Positions 24,676 to 36,920 of a DNA stretch of 64,000 bases are shown piece after piece. The notes below the pieces were generated by a model. It was not told the origin of the DNA. It searched no databases and was given only the letters and a program-made list of their open reading frames with translations. Source of the DNA: Chiloscyllium plagiosum (Eukaryota); the NCBI RefSeq assembly GCF_004010195.1, contig NC_057718.1, positions 93,101,569 through 93,165,568 on the forward strand, read 5' to 3'. A program made the position numbers and the translations under genes. Each line of letters starts with the position of its first letter. The stretch's first letter is position 1.

Positions 24676-26896
24676 ATATATACTGTTTCAGCTTCTTGTT
24701 GTACAGTGTGTGTGAACCTTGGACCTGTGCACCATCCCTGAAAATGGCAGAATGAAGGAGACTGCCTTGGTAGATTTGAAAGAATGGATGCTCAATGTTT
24801 GAGAAATTGCCCTAACTGTTGTCATCCAAGGGAATCCTGGGGAGGATACTGAGCTGGATGGTCAACCATGATCATATTAGATGGTGAAGCAAACTGGAAG
24901 GGGCAAAAGACCTACTCCTGCTCCTATTTTCTATCTCTGCTAAAAGTGATTTTAGTCAAAAATAATAGTGTCCTGATAAGAGGACAAATACAAACTTTGC
25001 AATGGCATAGAATGAGACTATGTTCAGTCACTTAAAAGGAAAACTCAGGCAACTAAAGTTGAGAGAGAGATTGAGAAAATATTGCAGACTAAAAAATGTA
25101 ATGGGTCAATGTCTTGGGATACTGGATAAAATATGACTCTGCATGTCTCTGAAATAATCTAATGATGTAAACTCAATGTAGCAGCAAGGTCATAATCAAC
25201 CAACAAAAAAAAGTTAACTTGGGCATAAGCTCTAAATATTTGACAAGAACATGGGAGTCATGAGCAGAAATTGACTTTATCACCAATAGAATACTGGCCC
25301 CTGGAGTAATAAATCTAATGTTCTGGAACATATTGGTTCAGCAGATGGTTCTCTGGCGGGAGAACACTAACTCAATGTTTGCAACAGATGTCAATACGTC
25401 TTCACATGATTTCAAGTTCAATCACGCAAAAGTGATAAAAATATCCCTTTAATCAAAATAATCTGAAAGAAAGTCAGCATCTGATTTCACTTGGTTCAAA
25501 CAGCTGAGATGTGAAGAGCAGGGCACCTGAATTGGTCACACCTCAGCTTAAACGTGTTAGTAGTTTGAGCCCTGATTCGTGCAAGGGAGGTGACTCTCGA
25601 TGTGTTTGAGAGAACTTCTATTTACTTAGCACTATTCATTTTTTGGAACGATGAATCTCTGGTGCAGCAGGGTAATATTTGTGTACAGTAAAATCTCACA
25701 ACAAGCAATGAGTTTCATGACAAGCCAATCAGTTTGTTGGTGGCTTGCTTCATTAATAAATGCTCACCGGAACACCAATTTTTGCTCTTAGTTAAATGGC
25801 TTACACCTCACCATTTATGTAGTAATTGCATAAGGCTACCATACATAAGGTGCTCAGAGCCATCAATCATGCATGTTTTACAGAGGCAAAATTCCTGAAC
25901 CACAACCGACCCATTGTTTCAAATCAGGCATTACTGTTAATGCTGATACATAAGTTACATTGTAATAATCAGATACTGTTTTATTATCTCTTTGGTGTAT
26001 AGTCCTTTAGATGTGGTATTACAATCCACCCTCCCTGCTACCTCATTTGATGTAAATGACCATTGATTTGGAAGCAGCACAATAAAGAAAATCTGTAATT
26101 TCTTTAAAAAGCTGCATGGAATCTTTTTTTTCTGGAAGTACAATTGAGAAGGGAAATTACTTCAATTTTAAATGGCTAAATGTAGTTTTATTGGATAAGA
26201 AAAGCTCATCCATTTGACCTGACAATCCTTGACCTGGAAGCAGTACCAACAGACAGGAAGTTCCGAAAGAAGCCAGATAGCTGGCAGGTTAAGGGTGAGC
26301 TAAAAGCAGAAGAGCTGGTGTGTGAAGGCTCAGTTGCAGGCACAAATAGAAAGCAGACAGAAAGCAAAATAGGAGCACAGAGATTTCTTGTGAGGGGAAA
26401 AGCGAATTGATTTCAAGAAGACGTCAGTTTTCCTATCTTGGTCAGAGTATGCATCTTGTGGGCCAGATTAAGGATGGGCTGTGAGGTTGTATATGGTGCC
26501 ACGTTTGTGTGGGAGTAATTTAGATGCTTAATACTGCACCTTTGTTATATCAATTACTGAAAGTGAAATTTATCTTTCTATTTAATGTATCATTTTAGCA
26601 TTAATACATAGTTAATTTGTGTTGGCTCCGATTTTTGCTAAAATTACAAGAAGTAAAAATCCTGTTGGTAATTTCTTCACGTGGGAAATTGGGATTAGCT
26701 ATTTTGATTTCGAAGTCCTGGTGGGATCCTAACAAAGACAATTGTCAAAACACTGCATTTGGAATATTGCCTTTTTAAATTTTGTGACATTACACAGAAG
26801 TTTAAGTCTGCCACTTGGCTCAAGGACAGGTGAAGAAAGCAAAGATTTTCACATTTCCCCTTCTCCCTGTTTTCCATTAAAATAATCATAATTATT

Positions 26897-27058
26897 AAAT
26901 TAGATTTCCTACAGTGTGGAAACAGGCCCTTCAGCCCAACCAGTCCACACCGACCCTGCGAAGAGTAACCCACCCAGAGCCATTTCCCTCTGACTAATGC
27001 ACCTAATACTATGGGCAATTTAGCATGGCCAATTCACCTAACCTACACATCTTTGGAC
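26897..27058 (-). mobile_element. HE1-type SINE 3' part
   Basis: Matches 3440-3585. Confidence 0.85.
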
Positions 27059-27403
27059 AATTAATAGATCGTGCCTGAAAGCAGACATAACCACACGTAC
27101 CTGTAATTTAATAAGTCATTCCTTGGTAAAGTACTTTAATATTTTTAAACTGGAAGTTGCCAAAAAAAAGTATATACATTATTTAAAAGTATGAGCATGT
27201 GAACGTCATGCACTTAACTCTTCTCAATACCTTAATCCTATTCAGAGAATTACATTTTTAAGCTGCAGGTGACTATTGAACTAAAACATTAAGCCACACA
27301 CAACATTCAGATAGGGGTAACAGTGACACTGATCCTATTGAAGGTGATTTTAAAAATATAATTGATTGGACGAGGGTGTCCCTGGCTAGGGTATTCATCC
27401 CTA

Positions 27404-27672
27404 GTTAAAATCCCTACAGTGGCCCATCAAGTCCATACAGACCGAAGAGCAGCCCAACCAGACCGGGAACCCTGCATTTCCCATGGCTAATCCATCTAGC
27501 TTACACATCCCTGTGCACTATGGGCAATTTAGCGTGGCCAATCCACCTAACCTGCACATCTTAGGACTGTGGACTAGGAGAACACACAAACTCCACATTG
27601 ACCGTCAGCGGATAGGTGGAATCGAACCCAGGCCCCTAACGCTGTGAGGCAGTGGAGCTAACCATGGTGTCA
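27404..27672 (-). mobile_element. HE1-type SINE (diverged)
   Basis: ctatgggcaatttagcgtggccaatccacctaacctgcacatc...gctgtgaggcag. Confidence 0.8.
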
Positions 27673-27674
27673 CC

Positions 27675-28410
27675 TTTGAGAAGATGGTTGGGAGTAGCCT
27701 TCTTGACCCTTGTTGTCCATTTGTTACAGGTAAACCCACTATACCATTAACGAGGGAATTCCAGGATTTTGGCACAGCAACACAGAAATTATAGTGGTAT
27801 GTTTCACAGTCAGGACGGTGAGTGGCTTGGACGGGGTCTCACAGGGATGATGTTCCTATGTCTGGGCAGAAATGACCATGCCTTTGAAAGGTGCTGTCTA
27901 AGGAGGCTTTGTGAATTCCTGTAGTGTATCTTGTACACACCGCTGCTAATAAGAGGCAATGGTGGAGGGAATGGAAGTTTGTGCTTGTGCTGCCGGTCAA
28001 GAAGGCTGTTTTGTTCTGGATGATATCAAACTTCTGAAGTGTTGTTGGAGCTGCACTCATCCAGGCAATCACACTCCCGACTTATGCCTTGTGGTGGTAG
28101 GTAGCCTTTGGGGAGTCAGGAGCTGCAAGCCTATGACCTGCTGTTGTAATCAGAGTATGTACATGGTTAATCCAGTTCAGTTTTGGTCAATGGTAACTCT
28201 CAGGTTATTGATAATGGAGATTTCAGTGATGGTAATGTCATTGAATGTCAAGGAGCCAGGTTAGATTCTCTCTTGGTGAAGATGGTCACTGCCTAGCACT
28301 TGTATGGCTGAATGGTACTCTCCTGGAATGTGTCCAGGTCTTCCTGCATTATTGGAATGAGTTGCTTCAGTATCTGAGGAGTTGCAAATGGTACTGAACA
28401 TTGTTCAACT
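27675..28410 (-). mobile_element. Old non-LTR retroelement 3' portion (CR1/L2-like)
   Basis: ORF 27839-28072 AWMSAAPTTLQKFDIIQNKTAFL...HSLHH resembles a LINE ORF2 C-terminus. Confidence 0.65.
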
Positions 28411-28659
28411 TGTTCTGTGCAATCTTTCAACAAAGTTCAAGAACATGTTTGAGATGTTGAACTCTACCACTGCGACTGGGGAAGCACTGAGCCAATGCAA
28501 AGCATTCATAATTCCGGAGCCAGTCTCTCAAAAAGATGGACTGAACAGTTAGAAAAATGATGGAGAACGCAGCTTTCAGACTACATAGCAGCAATAGCTG
28601 CACCAAGATAGTGACAGTGAATCAGATTAATCTGCAATAGCTCTTTTTAATGTTTAACC

Positions 28660-28845
28660 ATGTTGTGGAGGAGCTGGTGTTGGCCTCGGGTGGGCAAAGT
28701 TAAAAATCACACAACACCAAGTTATCGTCCAACATGTTAATTTGAAAGCACTAGCTTTCGAAGCACTGCTCCTTCATCAGGTGGTTGGCTAGTGCATCCA
28801 AATAAACCTGTTGGACTATAACCAGGCATTGTGTGATTTTTAATT
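28660..28845. mobile_element. Family B short fold-back element
   Basis: ttaaaaatcacacaacaccaagttatcgtccaaca ... tgttggactataaccaggcattgtgtgatttttaa inverted ends. Confidence 0.85.
28749..28783 (-). ncRNA. Minimal hammerhead ribozyme motif (family B, best copy)
   Basis: CAC-CUGAUGA-A-GGAG-cagug-CUUC-GAAA-GC-UA-GUG: stem I CAC/GUG, paired stem II, palindromic AGCU. Confidence 0.75.
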
Positions 28846-29829
28846 TTAATGTCGAAGCAATTGTTAAGCCACTCCATCAGTGGAAATTTTGAAATGCTTA
28901 ACAATCCAATGGGAAATATATATTTATGGAAAGAGTGGCCCTGAATTTCAACTGAGTAAATATCACTATATTAATGTGATCCATGTAAATGCTGCAAACC
29001 CAGCAGTGGACCTGTAGATGAACTCCCTTTTCCCAAGAGTAAAGGGATAAATAAATCATTGACACAGTTGTACAGATAGGATTAGCTTCATCGACACCTC
29101 TCAAGTCCTGACAAGTGGTCGAGAAAACTGTATGCGGCTCAAACTGACCTTGGGTACAGCCAGCTTGTTGTCTTTCATGGTTTGGCAGTGGATTCTTCAG
29201 ATCTTGAGGGGGAGCACTCCCTGAACAGACAAATTGCCACGTACGCAACAACCTAAACTCTGCAGCCTTGCCTTTCTCTCTCTCCAAGTGCTGTAGTAGC
29301 GGTAGATGATGCTGTACATCCAAGCACAAACTTCCTGGGCTGATTGCTCTGATTATAAAATATCATTAGACCAGAATTTATATTGCTTCATATATAAACT
29401 GACTTAGCCAGGAAACTCCCAGCAACTCCCTCTGCTGGTGAATGGTGTGACTTCCGAGCAGAACAATTGGCTTTGAGGAAACTTGAGGCCTACTTCTTTG
29501 TGTAGTGCTATTTATTTGCGTCACTGTCAAATAGTCTATTTTCTCACAGACCACGGCCTTAGACACCCGTTTTACATCAGAATGCTGAAAGCGTGTTTGT
29601 TTATATATATTTGGGCCACACACTTTTTGCATTGTCAGCGATTCCACAGCTTTGGCAGGAGTGTGAGTAATAATATCCCTTGCAGCCTCTCAGATATGCT
29701 ACGCCACTCATCAGTATCATGGTTGATCTGCACATTAATTCCATTTTCTTGCCTCTACTCTTTGATATCCTTGTCTAACAAAAAAAAAACTATCTTCCTT
29801 GGTCTTAAAAGCTCAACTTGTTCCAGAAG

Positions 29830-30390
29830 CTATCCTAAATTAATCTCATCCCATTGGCCAGCATTTGCCCCACATCCCTTCCTATTCATATTCCCATCCA
29901 GATACATTTTAAGTGTTGTAATTGTACCAGCATCTACCACTTCCTCTGGCAGTTCATTCCATATACACATCACTCTCTGCAGGAAAAAGTTGCCCTTTAG
30001 GTCCCTTTTAAATCTTGCCCCTCTCACCTTAAGGCTATTCCCTCTAGTTCTGGACTCCCCTATCCTGGAGAAAAGACCTTGATTATTTACCCATCCATGC
30101 CCCTCATGATTTTATAAACCTCTATAAGGTCACCCCTCAGCCTCTGACATCCAGGGAAAACAGCTCAGCCTATTCAGCCTCTCCCTGTATCTCAAACCCT
30201 CAACCCTGGCTAAAAGTCGCGCAACACCAGGTTATAGTCCAAAAGGTTTAACTGGAAGCATTAGCTTTCAGAGCGCTGCTCCTTCATCAGGATGTGTGAT
30301 TTTTAACTTTGTACACCCCAGTCCAACACTGGCATCTCCAAATCCAACCCTGGCAACATCCTTGCAAATCTTTTCTGAACCCTGTCAAGT
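29830..30390 (-). mobile_element. CR1 3' fragment interrupted by a family B element
   Basis: ORF 29830 FKRDLKGNFFLQRVMCIWNELPEE. Confidence 0.88.
30211..30344. mobile_element. Family B element with 10-bp TSD, nested in CR1
   Basis: TSD caaccctggc 30201-30210 / 30345-30354; minus-strand CUGAUGA-A-GGAG-cagcg-CUCU-GAAA-GC-UA at ~30262-30290. Confidence 0.88.
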
Positions 30391-31265
30391 GTTGAGTTGT
30401 AGCGAAGGTCCAGTTTCTGTGCTGTACACCACTCTGATTCTATAATCCACACAGACGTTTTGGGAAAGAATTCTAAAGCTTGACTATCTTACATGTGAGA
30501 AAGTGCTGCCTGATTTCACTTCAGGATGGGTTGCTAGTAACTTTTAGCTGATGTTCTCTTTTCATTTCCAAGGAAAATATGTTTTCTTCCTGTGTCGACC
30601 TTACAACATCTCTTCTGATATTTTGTTTGTCTCAATCAAGTCATCCTTCAATCAGCTATACTCAAGTGAATTAAAACCAAATTTATGTTACCTCTTAGGA
30701 AAATTTGATCCTCTAAGCTGTTGAAGTGCTTTAGTAAATCTACAAGAAAGTCAATATATTTGGGGCAATGTTCAAAAGTGAACAGAAATTTCGAGATAGG
30801 GTTTGACAGAGGCTCCATATAACTGAGAAAGGAATGGTGTGGATTGTTACAATGTAAAGACTGATTTGCAACCACTTGTTCAATCGTACAAACATCCCTA
30901 AACTGTGAACACTGTTGTACTTGCTACCGTTAATGTAAATTTTTTGCAATAGTCACAACAAATCAAAGAAAGGCAAGAAAGTTGTTGAAAATCAAAACAA
31001 GACAGTACTCTTGGCTTTGAGATGACACATTGGCTTTCCAATGTAAAAAACCTTTGTTACAATATTGTTTTCCAAATTTTTCCAATGCACAAGCATTATT
31101 TCTTATATAAGTGATAAAGTATGTCTTCCTGCATTCGTTAAACCTACTCAGGTTGTTACTGAATGCTGTTTTGGCAAATTAGCATTGTGTTGATAATGTT
31201 TTAAGCAACTGTGGTAATTAAAGCAATCAGATGCACCTAAATATATTTTCACAATTATCCTACTT

Positions 31266-31608
31266 CATAGAATCATAGAATCCCTACAGAATGGAAGCAG
31301 GCAATTTGGCCCATCAAGTCCACACCGATCCTTTGAGGAGCATCCCACCTAGACCCACCCCACTACCTGATCCCTGTACCACTTTATTCCCCATGGCTAA
31401 TCAACCTAACCTACACATTCCTGGACAATATGAGCAATTTAGCATTGCCCATCCATCTAACCTGCACATCTTTGGACCTGTGGGAGGAAACCAGAACACC
31501 AAAGAAACCCATGCAGACACTGAGAGAAGCTGCAAACTCCAGAGTGACTTAAGTGTGGGGTCCCTGGTGCAGGGAGGCAGCAGTGTTACCCACTGAAACA
31601 CTGTACCA
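31266..31608 (-). mobile_element. HE1-type SINE
   Basis: (catagaat)n tail, V-domain and tRNA-like head. Confidence 0.85.
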
Positions 31609-32008
31609 TCCAATATTTGTTCATATAATTTGTCTGTACAATGCTTACAATAACAATAGACATAATCATTTCATACCTTTCTATCAGTTCTGCAGCAGCT
31701 GAGATGTAGAACTAGAATGCTTATTGAAGGTGGAGACTATTCAGCCCATTGACCCATACAAACTCTCTGTAAAGCAATGTAGTTGGTCCCAATATGATAC
31801 CCTTCTTTTGTGGCTCTGTAAATCTGTATTCCCTTCCAATTGCTCACCCAATTCCCCTTTGAAAGCCAAACTTGATTCTGCTTCCACCAATCTCTCAGAT
31901 AGTGCACTCCAGATTGTTGTACAGAGTAGGTTTATCCTTCCATTGCCTTTGATCTGTGGCTCAACACTTTAAACCTATGTCCTTTGGATCTTGACCCTAT
32001 AATACTGA

Positions 32009-32112
32009 AGAAGGGCTTCCTGAAGAAGGGCTTATGCCCGAAACGTTGATTCTCCTGCTCCAGCACCACATTTTTCAACTCTGGTCTCCAGCATCTGCAG
32101 TCCTCACTTTCT
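32009..32112 (+). mobile_element. Family A element with 13-bp TSD
   Basis: TSD cctataatactga 31996-32008 / 32113-32125; ends gcatctgcagtcctcactttct(cc). Confidence 0.88.
32017..32050 (+). ncRNA. Minimal hammerhead ribozyme motif (family A)
   Basis: UUC-CUGAAGA-A-GGGC-UUAU-GCCC-GAAA-CG-UU-GAU. Confidence 0.7.
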
Positions 32113-33194
32113 CCTATAATACTGATGGAAACTGTCTGCCTCTGTTATCATTGGTGCATTTTTACAATAGAAGGCTTCTTCTTTCAGTTTACCATTCTGT
32201 TTCCACTTTTTCCATTTAATCTCCCTTTCCTTCTTATCAGGCTACCACATAGTCAAACAATAGCTCAATCTGCTTCAGTAAACATTTACTAAAATCACTT
32301 AAATACATCCCTGCTCCAGAGGTGGTTAATAAAATCACTTAAAGAGCACAGTCACGTGAGTAATTCATTTTTATTGATACAGATGGTAGTCAGTTTGATC
32401 GATTGAATGTTACATGTAGAGAATTGGATGGTTACAGTGTTTGAAATCTAAAAGACTTGATTTTGCTTCCAACCCTGTCAACAGCTCTTCTACTCAAAAA
32501 TTGCTCAATATTTCTCTGTTTAATGGGAGCAGGTGTCCAAGTTGTCTTTCCTGGACTGTCAATTCAATAAACTCAGTAGCTGAGGACTTACTGTTGTCCT
32601 TGGTATTTCATTATCTCTAACCACATTTATTATACTAAATCTAATTTTTTGAATAGAAGTTGTTAATTGACCCAAAGCTAGTTGCTCTATTAAGTTATCA
32701 ATTTCACTCATCAATAACACTATTTATCTCCAGTTTGGCTTCAGGTTTATTTGTATTAAATTTATGCTTTGACATTCCAGGTAATTCTATTTCTTAAAAA
32801 AAAAGGTTACTTGCTGTGTCAATTACCGTTCTCAGGTTTTTAAAAGACCTGAATGTCTCCATCTCGATCTTCTTGGGTGCTGCTGGCAAGGGAGCCTGCT
32901 TGAAATGGTTAGCTTCAAACTGGGCGCTAACTCTGGACACCTGATTGGCACTGCCAGCTATTAAGTAAGTTACGGGACTCGAGTAGGGTCAGCCATGGAA
33001 CTGTGATTCCATGCTGCAGACTGCCCCTCTTATTTCCATCATCTTTCACAGGGAAGGAAATTTTGATGTGGGATAGAGTAGGCAATTGCAGAAGACCAAT
33101 GTCAGCTCATTTTATGAGCTGTTTGTGTTTTAAAGAGATAGCACCATTATGCAGAAGGTGTGTTGTGTTTGAGGATGGGAGAATCCAAGTATTC

Positions 33195-33520
33195 TTAGAA
33201 TCATAGAATCCTTACAGTGTGGAAGCAGGCCATTTGGTCCATCAAATCCACGCTGACCCTCCAACGTGCATCGCACTCAGATCCACACCCCCAACCCTAT
33301 CCCTGTAACCCTGCATTTCCCATAGCCAATCCACCTAGCCTGCATATATCTGGAGACTATGGGCTATTTAACGTGGCAATCCACATAACCTGCATATCTT
33401 TGGAATTTAGGAGGAAACTGGATCACCTGGAAGAAACCCACGCAGATATGGGGAGAATGTACAAACCCTATACAGACAGTCGCCCAAGGGGAGAACCCGG
33501 ATTCCTACCACTGTGCTGTA
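33195..33520 (-). mobile_element. HE1-type SINE (diverged)
   Basis: tagaatcatagaatccttacagtgtggaagcaggcc...gaagaaacccacgcagatatggggagaatgtacaaac. Confidence 0.8.
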
Positions 33521-34977
33521 TTCTTGGTGCCAAGACTTTAAACAATTCTGAGTTTTACTCTGTGCCAGGGAGAGGCCCAGAATCCAAAGAACATCCATAA
33601 GGGTGTATGGTTTTAAATGGAAGCTGTTCAAATGGAATCTCTGTTGGCAACATGTGCTTGACATTTAGGTTATAATAAGTAGCAGAAACACATATGTTAC
33701 AAAATATATTTAATTCACTATTATAATTACTGCATGACATTTCAAATCTGGTCTGCACTATGCATTATTACAGATAATTCATCTGTTACATTGTTAACCC
33801 CTGACAACTAGTTTACAATTTCAACTTTTGTTCTAGTTTTCAATTTAGAAAGTGGTTGAGTGTTGTTATCAGGTATTGTGTACTAGCCACTGAATCATTG
33901 AGATAAGTTGCTGCTACCAATTCTTTACTCTAGATATTTTTTGATAACTCTATGCACATCTCTGGAGCAGGTAAAGCTTGAATCCGGGTCCCCTTCATAA
34001 AGGGGCACAGGCTTGGTCAACTGAGCATTCAGTCTCTGCTTTTGAGATTTTGTTTTCCAACAAGCCTGTTCAGAGATGTTATGACACACTGCTGGGGCAG
34101 GTGGGACTTGAATCCAGGCCTTCAGGCTCAGTGGGAGGGACACTATCATTGCATCAAAGAGGTCCCAATCCTTCTATCTATATTAATCGTACGGGCGTCT
34201 CTATTTACCCGATGGTAGAGGGTAAATCATGAGAGAGTCTTAACAAAAGGAGACATTTGTCTTGTATAACAAGGTATAATCTATTGCATGAAAGCAGGTA
34301 AGATTAATATCTATTAGTTAAGCTTAATAATGTCTGGCTCCAATCAGACTTCATGCTCGACTGTTTCTGCACTAAAAGACTGTAATACATCATTAGTTTG
34401 GGTGAAGCCAGTGCAACTTCAGCAACAACTCTTTGAAAACCATTACCTTATACAACATCTCCCCCGCAAGCATTTCTCCCATGTTTAACATTAATATATT
34501 CATGTATGTAACAAGATTCACATTTACCTTGACTCCATCACTTCTGAAATTGCAGAATTCACACATTTGGATGGTCTGAAGGTTTAGCAATTCTTCCAGA
34601 GGACATTCCCTTTACACTTGGAAACTTGAGGATGATTGACCTCGACTCTGACCCTTTACTAGAAATGATCTGTGAGTCATTACCATCATGATAGTTTCAG
34701 TTAGATTCATTCCAACCAAACATTAGTGGGCGGTTGTTCTGTAATGTGACAAGGTTTGTTTCCTCTGTGCTACCCCTTCATCTATTGTTCTGTTGACTCA
34801 TTGTCATGACATTTCTCTGGACCTCCCTTATCCATGTCCTCTCCCTGGACCCAATTATGGCCATTGTGCACACATGCAGAGAAAACAGTGTAGCTGTATG
34901 GAGGGATTGTTGTTGGTAGACCAGGGAAGAAGTGAAATGTCTTCTTGGAGACTGCAAGCTGTTGAAACTGGGTTGGC

Positions 34978-35749
34978 TATACTGAAAGCAACCCATTTCA
35001 TGACAGGACTCTCTCCACCTATTGCTCACATGGCTCCCCCAATTCCCCACCCCCGACATCAGCTTCAGTACTGCTTTTTCCCAGCTGGTTCTAGTTCTGA
35101 GGAAGGGTCACAGACAAGAAACACTTAGTTTGTATTCTATACGCACATGCTGTCAGACCTGCTGCATATCTACAGAAACTTTATTTGTTTCAGATTTCCA
35201 GCATTCTCAATCCTTAGTTTTATAATACGGTAAGAATACCTGACAAACATAAAAAGGTCAGTTCTCTCACGTTCCCCTGGTCTGATGGGGAAGATATTAG
35301 GGATCAGTGGCTCTGCTTGTTCAGGCCTGTGAATAGTGCAACCACTATGATGTCTTCAATCTTCTTGGAGATCCCAGCCCCACCACACTGATGGTAGAGC
35401 CCTGGCTCCGCACTTATTGATTCCTACGTGTCCCAAGTGTATCTTATTGAGGATGTTGACCCTCAGTGAAACTGGAGTGCTAGTGCATAAATCAGAAAAA
35501 AACAACTAGTGTACAAGCTCAGCAAGTAAAAGGGAAGGCAAATGGAATGTTACATTTTATTTCAAAGGTGAATGGATTAAAGAAATAGGGAGGTCTAACT
35601 AAAACAGTGCAATGCATTACTTAGATCACAGCTGGAATACTGTGAACAGTTTGGGGCCCATTATTTAAGGAACAATATACTGATATTTGAGGCAGAGTCA
35701 AAGAATGTTCCTGATGAAGGGCTTATGTTTGAAACGGAGAAAGTGAGGA
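34978..35749 (-). repeat. 772-bp inverted duplication, copy 2 (probable donor)
   Basis: Reverse complement of 16982-17753; here the family A elements at its right edge continue intact with their TSD. Confidence 0.95.
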
Positions 35750-35978
35750 CTGCAGATGCTGGAGATCAGAGCCCGAAGAAGGGCTCATGCCCGAAATGTC
35801 GATTCTCCTGCTCCTTGGATGCTACCTGACCTGCTGCGCTTTTCCAGCAACACATTTTCAGCTCTTATGTTTGAAACGTCAACTCTCCTGCTCCTCGGAT
35901 ACTGCCTGACTGGCTGTGCTTTTCCAGCACCACACTTCTTGACTCTGACTCTCCAGTATCTGCAGTCCTCACTTTCTT
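35707..35978 (+). mobile_element. Older family A element containing a younger family A insertion (35737-35863)
   Basis: 15-bp TSD cttatgtttgaaacg 35722-35736 / 35864-35878 lies inside the older copy's hammerhead motif. Confidence 0.88.
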
Positions 35979-36271
35979 CTAATATTTACTCACATGGACA
36001 GAAGGATTTTTCTTTGAGGAGAGATTGAGTAGGTTGCATCTGTATTAGTACTATTATTGATGTTGGATGGAAGTGAATCTTTATAAAGTATTCCGTGACA
36101 TTTTAATGGTCAATTATATCTTTAATTAGTGTGTAGTATAATATAAACAAAAGATTATTGTTTAAATAACTCTAGGGTGTTGGTTTCTGGTGATTAATGT
36201 CTAAATATGATGTTATGGTGTACTAAAACCAGCAGAAATTCCCAAACTCAGTTTATAGATGTAGGATGCAG

Positions 36272-36920
36272 TAGTCAGTGTGGTGAAGAAGGTATTTGGT
36301 CCACTTGTCTTTATTGGTTAGCACATTGCATATAGGAGTTGAGAGGTCATGGTGCAGCTGTCCACGATATTGGTTAGACCACTTTTGGAATACTGCATTC
36401 AATTATGATCTACCTGGTATTAATAAAAAGATGTTGTTAAACTTGAAAAGGTTCAGAAAAGATTAACGAGGATGTTGCCAAGGTTGGACGGTTTCAGCAA
36501 TAGGGAGAGGCTGAATATGCCGGGGCTATTTTTTCCACAGCATTGGAGATTGAGGGATGACCTTCTAGATCATGAAGGGCATGGATAGGGTGAATAGTCA
36601 AGGTCTTTTCCCCAGGGTAGGGGAGTCTAAAACTTGAGGGCATTGATTTAAGGTGAGAGAGAAAAGATTTTTAAAAGGGACCTAAGCAGCAACCTTTTCA
36701 CATAGAGTGGAATGTGTATGGAATGAGCTGCCAGAGGAAGTGGAGGCGGGTACAATTACAGCATTTAAAAGGCATCTGGATAGGTATACGAATAGGAAAT
36801 GTTTAGAGGGATATGAGCCAAATGCTGGCAAATGGGACCAGATTTATTTAGGATATCGGGTCTGCATGGATGAGTTGGACTGAGGGGTCTGTTTCTGTGC
36901 TATACAATTCTCTGACTCTT
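36272..36920 (+). mobile_element. CR1 3' fragment
   Basis: ttggttagaccacttttggaatactg...gggtctgtttctgtgctatacaattctctgactct. Confidence 0.88.

Noticed and set aside
28898..30082. 143-aa and 199-aa ORFs
   Set aside because: No recognisable domain; the 199-aa ORF ends in antisense CR1.
17754..34977. Staggered-break inversion of the 17 kb between the inverted duplicates
   Set aside because: The missing CR1 tail is not found at the other copy, and the element at 35737 keeps both TSD halves, which favours copy-insertion. Not fully excluded without an outgroup.
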